A program made the position numbers and the translations under genes. This document shows, in pieces, positions 57,313 to 64,000 of a DNA stretch of 64,000 nt (position 1 is the first letter of the stretch; each line of letters begins with the position of its first letter). Source of the DNA: an uncultured Clostridia bacterium (lineage in GTDB: Bacteria; Bacillota; Clostridia; Christensenellales; UBA1242); NCBI GenBank assembly GCA_944372325.1, contig CALVYR010000002.1, forward strand, positions 11,729 to 75,728, in the 5' to 3' direction. Under the pieces are notes generated by a model. That model did not search any database, was not told the DNA's origin, and saw only the letters and a program-made list of their open reading frames with translations.

Positions 57313-58347
57313 TTAAAGTAATAACATTGCATCACCAAAGCTAAAAAAGCGATATTTTTCTTTAACCGCAAGGTTATATAGACCCAATGTTTCATCTAAG
57401 CCACAAAACGCAGATACAAGCATTATAAGTGTAGATTCTGGCAAATGGAAATTTGTGATCAAATGGTCTACCGCTTTAAATTTATATGGCGGATATATAA
57501 ATATTTTTGTTTCTCCAAAGGCTGGTTTTAAAACACCATTTTGGTCTGCGCAGGTTTCCAAAACTCTAACAGAGGTTGTTCCAACTGCTACAATTTTGCC
57601 ACCAGCACGCCTAGCCTCGTTTATAATATTTGCATTTTCTTCTGAAAGTTTATAATACTCTGAATGCATATCATGTTTTAAAATATCATCTTCCTTAACA
57701 GGTCTAAAAGTACCTAAACCAACATGAAGCAAAACTTCTACTATCTTTATTCCCTTAGCTTTAATTTTCTCTAAAAGTTCTTCGGTGAAATGAAGCCCAG
57801 CTGTAGGCGCTGCGCTTGAACCATCAACTTTTGAATATACGGTTTGATACCTCTCTTTATTTTCAAGCCTCTTTTTTATATAAGGTGGAAGTGGCGCCTC
57901 GCCAATTTCAGATAGTATCTCTTCAAAGTGACCATCATATATAAACTCTATATCGCATTCACCATATTCATATTTTTTAGTTATAGTGCAAGCAAGTTTA
58001 TCTGAAAAAACTACTTTAGTTCCCTCTTTAAGGCGTTTAAAGGGTTTTGCTATTACATTCCAACGCTTTAAATCTAATCTTTTTTGAAGTAAAATTTCAA
58101 TATTTGCACCTGTATCTTCTTTTTTACCATAAAGCCTTGCTGGCAAAACACGAGAGTTATTTACTACAAGCACATCGCCTGCATTTAGAAAATCTATTAC
58201 ATCATAGAAGTGTTTATGTGATATTTCCTTAGTTTTTCTATCGTAAACTAAAAGCCTTGAACTATCGCGTGGCTCTATTGGTGTTTGAGCTATTAGTTCT
58301 TCTGGCAGATAATAGTTATAAGAGCTTTTCTTTGTGTAATCTATCAT
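57313..58347 (-). CDS. queA: S-adenosylmethionine:tRNA ribosyltransferase-isomerase
   Basis: 344 aa starting [25 protein letters not shown], with PLPPYI and TAGLHFT blocks. Confidence 0.95.
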   Translation of the reverse strand: MIDYTKKSSYNYYLPEELIAQTPIEPRDSSRLLVYDRKTKEISHKHFYDVIDFLNAGDVLVVNNSRVLPARLYGKKEDTGANIEILLQKRLDLKRWNVIAKPFKRLKEGTKVVFSDKLACTITKKYEYGECDIEFIYDGHFEEILSEIGEAPLPPYIKKRLENKERYQTVYSKVDGSSAAPTAGLHFTEELLEKIKAKGIKIVEVLLHVGLGTFRPVKEDDILKHDMHSEYYKLSEENANIINEARRAGGKIVAVGTTSVRVLETCADQNGVLKPAFGETKIFIYPPYKFKAVDHLITNFHLPESTLIMLVSAFCGLDETLGLYNLAVKEKYRFFSFGDAMLLL

Positions 58348-59393
58348 TCTATATCTCCGCTTGTTTCATATATTGATAGTGCATTTATTTGGGCTTTAGT
58401 AAGTGGTAAGTTTAAGTGATCATAAGCCCCTTTTAAAGCTATGCGTCCGCGAGGCGTTCTTGCTATGAAACCTAGTTGTATTAAATATGGCTCGTAAACA
58501 TCCTCTATGGTCGTAGCGTCTTCACCAGTAGCAGAAGCAAGTGTATCAAGGCCTACTGGTCCACCACTAAATTTATTTATGATGTTTAATAAAATCCTTC
58601 TGTCTATATGGTCTAAACCCAGTTTATCTATTTCTAGAAGTTCAAGAGCTTTATTGGTTAGCTCTTTGGTGACTGTGCCATTGCCATATACCTCTGCATA
58701 ATCTCTAACACGCTTTAAAATTCTATTTGCAAGCCTTGGAGTTCCTCTACTGCGCTTAGCTATCTCCAAACTTGCATCTGGCTCTATTTTTATATTTAAA
58801 ACATTAGCTGAGCGCTCTACAATTTCTTGAAGTTCCTTTTCATTATACATTTCAAGACGGCATAAAACGCCAAAACGGTCGCGTAAAGGACCGGTTAGCA
58901 TTCCTGCTCTTGTTGTGGCTCCAATTAAAGTAAAAGGTTGAATTTTAAGCCTCATGTTTTTAGCAGATGGACCTTTACCTACTATGAAATCTAGTGCAAA
59001 ATCTTCCATGGCAGGGTATAAAATTTCTTCTACAGATTTATTTAATCTATGAATTTCATCAATAAATAAAACATCATTTCGTTGAAGGTTTGTAAGTATG
59101 GCAGCAAGGTCTGCAGCATGCTCAATTGCTGGGCCAGAGGTTATTTTTATTTGGCTTCCTAGTTCATTTGCTATAATGTGAGATAGCGTTGTTTTTCCAA
59201 GCCCTGGTGGGCCATATAAAAGCACATGGTCTAAGGCTTCCTTTCTTTTTTTAGCTGCTTGAATATAAATTGAGAGCTTCTCTTTAATCTTTTCTTGCCC
59301 CACATATTCAAGCATGCTTGTAGGACGCAGTGAATTTTCAATCTCTGCGTCAGTTAAGGACTTTGAACTAGAAATAAATCTGTTATTTTCCAT
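58344..59393 (-). CDS. ruvB: Holliday junction helicase RuvB
   Basis: 349 aa with Walker [10 protein letters not shown], Walker B LFIDEIH and RGTPRLANR. Confidence 0.95.
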   Translation of the reverse strand: MENNRFISSSKSLTDAEIENSLRPTSMLEYVGQEKIKEKLSIYIQAAKKRKEALDHVLLYGPPGLGKTTLSHIIANELGSQIKITSGPAIEHAADLAAILTNLQRNDVLFIDEIHRLNKSVEEILYPAMEDFALDFIVGKGPSAKNMRLKIQPFTLIGATTRAGMLTGPLRDRFGVLCRLEMYNEKELQEIVERSANVLNIKIEPDASLEIAKRSRGTPRLANRILKRVRDYAEVYGNGTVTKELTNKALELLEIDKLGLDHIDRRILLNIINKFSGGPVGLDTLASATGEDATTIEDVYEPYLIQLGFIARTPRGRIALKGAYDHLNLPLTKAQINALSIYETSGDIE

Positions 59394-59395
59394 AT

Positions 59396-59986
59396 TTACC
59401 TACCCATATTTCTTAGCACGCTTGCTATAATTTCCTCAGCCGTGCTATTTTCATTAGCATTTTGTCTAGCAAGCCTTAAAGCCTCATTTTTAGATAGACC
59501 TAATGATATTAAGGCTTCACAAGCATCGTCAAGCACATTTTCATCTAATTCTAAAATTTTATCTTCAATTAAAACTCCGCCAACAGGAGTAAGCTTATCT
59601 TTTAGTTCTAAGCAAATTCTTTCTGCAGTCTTCTTACCTAGCCCCTTTATTCTTGAAAGCGCCGTGGTATCCTCTTTTAAAATGCTTACAATTAAATCTG
59701 AAATATTCATTCCAGAAAGAATTGTAATAGCCATTTTAGGGCCAACACCGCTAACTGAAATTAATTTATAGAAAAGCTCTCGCTCATCTACAGTGGTAAA
59801 GCCAAACAAACTAATTCCATCCTCCTTAACTTGTAGATAAGTGTAAATTTTACACTCTTCACCAGCAAGTGGAAGCGTGGAAAGAGTGGCTGTAGAAGTT
59901 TGAATTTCATAGCCCATGCCATTACAATTTATTACTACGCCATTTTCTGACTTTTCTTCTAGCGTTCCAATTATAAACGAAATCAT
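59396..59986 (-). CDS. ruvA: Holliday junction DNA-binding protein RuvA
   Basis: 196 aa with an OB domain, HhH motifs ([22 protein letters not shown]) and domain III. Confidence 0.9.
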   Translation of the reverse strand: MISFIIGTLEEKSENGVVINCNGMGYEIQTSTATLSTLPLAGEECKIYTYLQVKEDGISLFGFTTVDERELFYKLISVSGVGPKMAITILSGMNISDLIVSILKEDTTALSRIKGLGKKTAERICLELKDKLTPVGGVLIEDKILELDENVLDDACEALISLGLSKNEALRLARQNANENSTAEEIIASVLRNMGR

Positions 59987-59995
59987 ATTTTCCCC

Positions 59996-60490
59996 TTAAA
60001 TTCTGTTTGTATTTAATGCAGAGTTTATCTGGCTATGAGTTATTGCAATTGCTAATGCGTCTGCCGCATCATCTGGTTTAGGAATTTTTTCTAACCCTAA
60101 AAGTGTTTTGACCATATATTGAATTTGATATTTTTCCGCTCTTCCTATGCCTGTTAGCGCCTGTTTTACTTGAAGCGGAGTATATTCAAAGACATTATTT
60201 TCACAGAGCTTTCCGCATATATGAACTATAACTCCTCTTGCCTCAGCTACGGGAATAATTGTCTTTTGGTTTTTAAAATAGAATAGCTCCTCTATTGCAA
60301 TTTGGTCTGGTTTATAGTTATTTATAATTTGCGTTAAACAATCTGCTATAATATTTAATCTTACAGGCAATGTATCTTCTTTGGGCGTAGTAATAACGCC
60401 ATAATCTATCACCTTTAAATTATAGCCATCACTTTCTATAATTCCGTAACCAACTATCCCATAGCCTGGGTCTATTCCTAAAATTCTCAA
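59996..60490 (-). CDS. ruvC: Holliday junction resolvase RuvC
   Basis: 164 aa starting MRILGIDPG, with the EE..F and DAADALA catalytic acid blocks. Confidence 0.9.
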   Translation of the reverse strand: MRILGIDPGYGIVGYGIIESDGYNLKVIDYGVITTPKEDTLPVRLNIIADCLTQIINNYKPDQIAIEELFYFKNQKTIIPVAEARGVIVHICGKLCENNVFEYTPLQVKQALTGIGRAEKYQIQYMVKTLLGLEKIPKPDDAADALAIAITHSQINSALNTNRI

Positions 60491-60499
60491 GAAATTATC

Positions 60500-61219
60500 C
60501 TACTTTACATTGTGATATACATTTTGAACATCATCTAAATCTTCAAGAGCATCTAGCATTTTTTCAAACTGAGCTTGCTTACCTTCATCTAGCTCTACAT
60601 ACATATCTGGAACAAGCATAGATTCGTATTCACTAACCTCAATTCCATTATTTTTTAAGCTTTCAACAACGCTGTTTAAATCTTCTGGAGCAGTTTCAAT
60701 AGTGAAAGAATCTTCATCCTCAAGAACATCTTTTGCTCCAGCCTCTAGGGCTTGCATTAAAATTTCATCGCTATCAATGTTATCTTTTTTTTCTAAAATA
60801 ATAATGCCCTTTCTCTTAAATAGATAAGATACGCAACCGCTTGCGCCTAAACTTCCGCCATGTTTATCAAAGGCGTGACGAACATCGCCAGCCGTTCTAT
60901 TTTTATTGTCTGTTAAACATTCAACAATCACTGCTGAACCGCCTACGCCATAGCCTTCATAGGTTGTATTTTCATAGTTTACATTAGAAAGTTCCCCAGT
61001 AGCCTTTTTAATTGCCCTTTGAATTGAATCGTTAGGCATATTATTTTGTTTTGCTTTTGCTATAATATCACGAAGTTTGGAGTTAGACACTGGGTCTGCT
61101 CCACCTGCTTTAACTACAACAGCTATTTCTCTACCAATTTTTGTAAATATTTTTCCTCTTTGGGCATCACTTTTGCCCTTTCTTGCTTGTATATTGTGCC
61201 ATTTACTATGTCCTGACAT
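60500..61219 (-). CDS. yebC: YebC/PmpR family DNA-binding regulator
   Basis: 239 aa starting [27 protein letters not shown]. Confidence 0.9.
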   Translation of the reverse strand: MSGHSKWHNIQARKGKSDAQRGKIFTKIGREIAVVVKAGGADPVSNSKLRDIIAKAKQNNMPNDSIQRAIKKATGELSNVNYENTTYEGYGVGGSAVIVECLTDNKNRTAGDVRHAFDKHGGSLGASGCVSYLFKRKGIIILEKKDNIDSDEILMQALEAGAKDVLEDEDSFTIETAPEDLNSVVESLKNNGIEVSEYESMLVPDMYVELDEGKQAQFEKMLDALEDLDDVQNVYHNVK

Positions 61220-61223
61220 AAAA

Positions 61224-61949
61224 TCATCTCCTTGAATATATTTGATACATTATTATACTTCCTGCTACAGAAGCATTTAAGCTTTCAAGCCCGTTAGCCA
61301 TAGGTATGGCTACAGCTTGCGTGCAAACCTTTCTTAGTTCTTTACTTACACCGTTTCCTTCATTTCCAACAACAACACCAATGTTTTTTGGAAATTTTGT
61401 TTTATAAACATTATCTCCAAACATGTCGGCATAGCACATATGTAGCCCTGAACACATGTTTAAAAATTCATCTTTAGAGCATTCATAAATATTTAATTTA
61501 AAAATTGCTCCCATTGAACTTCTAACAACCTTATCACTTGATACCCTAGCAGAATTTAAAAGATATACATCTTTAAAATTCGCTCCAAGAGCGGAACGAA
61601 GCAAGGTCCCAACATTTCCAGGATCTTGAAGTTCATCTAAAACTAAGAAGTCTGCTTGTGGCTTTTTTAAAGTCTTCTTTCCGTACTTTAAAATACCTAT
61701 AAGCCCTTGTGAATTCACAGTTTGAGAAAATGATTTAAAAACACTTTCTGAAACTACTACATTTTCTCCCCCATAGTCTGTTTTGCCGTTATATGTTTCA
61801 TTAATCAAAAGATAGTCTATATTGAAACCAGCCTTTTTTGCTTCTACAATAAGTTTTGGATTATCTAAAAACATATAGTTTTTATCTTTTAAAAGTATCT
61901 TTAATAGTTTTATTTTTTTATTTTGTTTTGAAGTAATAGGTTCAATCAT
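61224..61949 (-). CDS. SpoU/TrmH-family RNA 2'-O-methyltransferase
   Basis: 241 aa with [20 protein letters not shown] and [11 protein letters not shown] knot motifs; downstream of rplT. Confidence 0.8.
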   Translation of the reverse strand: MIEPITSKQNKKIKLLKILLKDKNYMFLDNPKLIVEAKKAGFNIDYLLINETYNGKTDYGGENVVVSESVFKSFSQTVNSQGLIGILKYGKKTLKKPQADFLVLDELQDPGNVGTLLRSALGANFKDVYLLNSARVSSDKVVRSSMGAIFKLNIYECSKDEFLNMCSGLHMCYADMFGDNVYKTKFPKNIGVVVGNEGNGVSKELRKVCTQAVAIPMANGLESLNASVAGSIIMYQIYSRR

Positions 61950-62002
61950 ATAGTTATTATAAATATATTTAAAAAATTTTGCAACTTTTTAAAGAGTTAT
62001 AT

Positions 62003-62029
62003 AAAAAAACTTATCCGAAGATAAGTTTT
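62003..62029 (-). terminator. Intrinsic terminator after rplT
   Basis: On the - strand: AAACTTATC-ttcg-GATAAGTTT followed by T-rich sequence. Confidence 0.75.
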
Positions 62030-62042
62030 AAAATTTTAGCTA

Positions 62043-62396
62043 TTATGCTATAGCCTTTTTAGCTGTAACTACAAGCTCGCTAAAAGCTTTTTCATCACGA
62101 GCTGCAAGCTCTGCAAGTACCTTTCTGTTTAGGTTTATGTTAGATTTCTTTAAACCATACATAAATTTGCTATAAGAAATTCCATTAAGTTTACAAGCTG
62201 CAGATATTCTTGTTATCCAAAGGCTTCTAAAATTTCTTTTTCTTTGTTTTCTTCCAATGTAAGCATATTGTCCGCTCTTCATAACTTGTTGACGAGCAAC
62301 GCGATATAACTTACTTTTTGCTCCGCGGTAGCCTTTTGCTTGTTTTAAAATGGCTCTGCGTTTTTTAAGTGCTGTAACTGATCTTTTAATTCTCAT
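62043..62396 (-). CDS. rplT: 50S ribosomal protein L20
   Basis: 117 aa containing KGYRGAKSKLYRVARQQVMKS..YIGRKQRKRNFRSLWITRI. Confidence 0.95.
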   Translation of the reverse strand: MRIKRSVTALKKRRAILKQAKGYRGAKSKLYRVARQQVMKSGQYAYIGRKQRKRNFRSLWITRISAACKLNGISYSKFMYGLKKSNINLNRKVLAELAARDEKAFSELVVTAKKAIA

Positions 62397-62410
62397 ATTC
62401 TCTCTCCTTA

Positions 62411-62605
62411 TTAACCTTGAACCATCTTCTTGATGTTCTTAGCTTGCTTGCCTGAAAGGTAAGCACCCTTTCTTAATTTTCTTTTTCTTGAAGGTCTTTT
62501 TTCTGTTAAAAAGTGTCCGCGGTCTGTTTTAGCCATTTTAACTTTGCCATTAGAATTTATTTTAAAACGCTTTTTTGCTCCGCTGTGTGATTTTAGTTTT
62601 GGCAT
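62411..62605 (-). CDS. rpmI: 50S ribosomal protein L35
   Basis: 64 aa starting MPKLKSHSGAKKRFK. Confidence 0.95.
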   Translation of the reverse strand: MPKLKSHSGAKKRFKINSNGKVKMAKTDRGHFLTEKRPSRKRKLRKGAYLSGKQAKNIKKMVQG

Positions 62606-62617
62606 AATCTTTCTCCT

Positions 62618-63127
62618 TTAATTCTTTTTAGGGTTTACAATTAAGATAACATTTCTTCCAACAACTTCGGGCTCTTTATCGTAAGTTCCATTTACTTCGA
62701 GCATGGAATAGAATTTTTTTACAACTTCAACAGCATTAGCTTTATAAGCTTGTTGTCTACCCTTCATTCTAAGCACAACTTTAACCTTGTTACCTTCTTG
62801 AAGAAACCTGTTTCCATGTTTTGCTTTAACTTCCATATCGTGAGTGTCTATGGTCATTGAAAGCTGAATTTCTTTAAGTTCGGTAACCTTTTGATTCTTT
62901 CTAAGCTCTTTTTCTTTCTTTATAGAATCAAATTTATACTTTCCATAATCCATTAATTTACAAACGGCTGGATTTCCTGGGTTTAATAAGGCAAGGTCTA
63001 GCCCACGCTTGTCAGCCTCGCTAAGTGCCTCTTCTAAACTCATAATGCCAAGTTGCTCCCCTGTTTCAGCAACTAGCCTTACGCTTTCTGCACGAATTTG
63101 TTCGTTTATAGGTAGTTCCTTAAAAAT
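62618..63127 (-). CDS. infC: Translation initiation factor IF-3 (ATT start)
   Basis: IF-3 homology begins at FKELPINEQIRAESVRLV. An in-frame ATT at 63127 lies 7 nt after AAGGGGGA. The ORF-track N-terminal extension runs through the leader terminator and is rejected. Confidence 0.85.
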   Translation of the reverse strand: MFKELPINEQIRAESVRLVAETGEQLGIMSLEEALSEADKRGLDLALLNPGNPAVCKLMDYGKYKFDSIKKEKELRKNQKVTELKEIQLSMTIDTHDMEVKAKHGNRFLQEGNKVKVVLRMKGRQQAYKANAVEVVKKFYSMLEVNGTYDKEPEVVGRNVILIVNPKKN

Positions 63128-63286
63128 GTTTTTATCCCCCTTACATAAAAAATTGGTGAAAGCATAAAGCCCCACCAAATTTTGATAACAAAATTTTTAA
63201 ACCTAATCTAAGCTTTGCTTGACTGGTGAGAAGTGGTCTTCTGCTTTTACGAATGGCATTCTAACACAAACACTTCACATTGTCAA
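63128..63286 (-). promoter_or_regulatory. infC-rpmI-rplT promoter plus L20-type attenuator leader
   Basis: Minus strand: TTGACA (63281-63286), 17-nt spacer, TGtTAGAAT (-10 at 63258-63263). About 120 nt of leader ends in a TTGGTG..CACCAA hairpin (63153-63178) plus T6 (63147-63152), just upstream of the infC SD. Confidence 0.55.
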
Positions 63287-63308
63287 GCATTTTAAAAAAA
63301 TTTTTAAA

Positions 63309-63668
63309 TTATTTCTTTTGGAATTTTCCATCTTTTTTATACACCACAAAATTTGCATCTTGGCTGTCGCTTAATTCCTTAACGCGCTTTAATGCTTCTT
63401 CCTTTGTTGCACGGCTATCTATAATTCTTTTAGCGCCGTCTTTCTTTATGTTCCAAACCTTAGTTTCTTTGTTATAAATAACTCTGTAAACAGATTTTCT
63501 TGCCTTTTCTTCCTTTGCCACTTCCTCTTTTTCCTCCACTTTGGTTTCCTTAGCTTCAGCTTTTTTAGGTTCTTCCTTAGTTTCAGTTTCTTTAACTGCA
63601 GGTTTTTCTTCTACCTTTTCTTCTTTAGCTTTTTTATCTTCTTTTTTCTTACGCTTAAAAAAACACAT
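63309..63668 (-). CDS. DUF2188-like small protein with Lys/Glu-rich N-terminal half
   Basis: 119 aa. The C-terminal YRVIYNKETKVWNIKKDGAKRIIDSRATKEEALKRVKELS..VVYKKDG resembles DUF2188. The N-terminus is a KEEK repeat-like segment. Confidence 0.5.
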   Translation of the reverse strand: MCFFKRKKKEDKKAKEEKVEEKPAVKETETKEEPKKAEAKETKVEEKEEVAKEEKARKSVYRVIYNKETKVWNIKKDGAKRIIDSRATKEEALKRVKELSDSQDANFVVYKKDGKFQKK

Positions 63669-63722
63669 AAAATTTCTCCTTTAACAAAGTTATTTTAACA
63701 TATGTTAAAAAATTTTTCAAGG

Positions 63723-64000
63723 TTAATTTAAAACTTTATCATCAATTTCTTTTTTAATTCTATTTATGAAATCTTCAAGTTTAAGCCCGCTAACATTTTC
63801 ATTTCTTCTGCCTCTTAAAGAAATGGTGTTAGAATTAATTTCTTCTTCTCCAATTATTATCATATAAGGAATTTTCATAGAAGATGCGCTTCTAATTTTA
63901 TAGCCTATCTTTTCGTCTCTATCATCCACTTCAACCCTTATGCCATATTTTTCAAGTTCAGCTTTAACTTCATTGCATCTATCAATAAATTTTTCGCTTA
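63723..64000 (-). CDS. thrS: Threonyl-tRNA synthetase, 3' part (5' end beyond the window)
   Basis: The C-terminal anticodon-binding domain DDRDEKIGYKIRSASSMKIPYMIIIGEEE..ISLR is typical of ThrS. The reading frame stays open to the window edge. Upstream of infC as in most bacteria. Confidence 0.8.
   Translation of the reverse strand, partial: SEKFIDRCNEVKAELEKYGIRVEVDDRDEKIGYKIRSASSMKIPYMIIIGEEEINSNTISLRGRRNENVSGLKLEDFINRIKKEIDDKVLN

Noticed and set aside
63693-63710. Perfect 18-bp palindrome TTTTAACATATGTTAAAA between thrS and the DUF2188 gene.
   Set aside because: It is purely A/T plus one central CATATG, which arises easily in AT-rich DNA. It is not followed by a U-run on the transcribed strand and has no second copy in the window.

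Overview
The window is an AT-rich, tightly packed core-chromosome segment of an endospore-forming Firmicute, with Clostridia-like gene order. I saw no rRNA, CRISPR array, IS element or prophage.

Left half, mostly + strand:
- rbfA-like 3' end, nrnA, truB, efp
- the complete spoIIIAA-AH operon
- asp23, nusB, xseA, xseB
- a ~580-nt GC-enriched structured RNA plus a 4-TM DxxxD membrane protein, which I call OLE RNA and oapA from context
- argR-recN, spoIVB, spoIIM-like, punA, a dacF-like gene, lexA, a tyrosine recombinase
- serS, cmk, scpAB and an S1-domain protein

Middle: a lone tRNA-Thr(CGU) reads into an HD-phosphohydrolase/GNAT pair. It is followed by proS and a membrane-anchored PadR-like regulator.

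Right half, almost all - strand: rny, thiI, a cysteine desulfurase, pheST, plsC, rluB, dacB, ytfJ/ytfI/yunB, a hemZ-like gene, a long RSH (Rel), recJ, secDF, yajC, tgt, queA, ruvABC, yebC, a SpoU methylase, infC-rpmI-rplT with an L20-type leader, and the thrS 3' end.

Most notable:
1. The OLE RNA/OapA locus. This is a known RNA class, here in a compacted operon.
2. A catalytically degenerate nucleotidyltransferase-fold protein inside a serS-cmk operon.
3. An unassignable 216-aa ORF translationally coupled between queA and tgt.
4. A PadR-wHTH/4-TM fusion whose promoter-proximal repeat recurs as a 22-bp palindrome upstream of pheST.
5. A Rel protein with a degenerate hydrolase domain.
6. A minimal SpoIIIAG.
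7. A global transcription-polarity convergence near 34.1 kb, with a weak dif-like site close by.

All calls come from reading motifs, synteny and local sequence. No database search or RNA covariance model was run.
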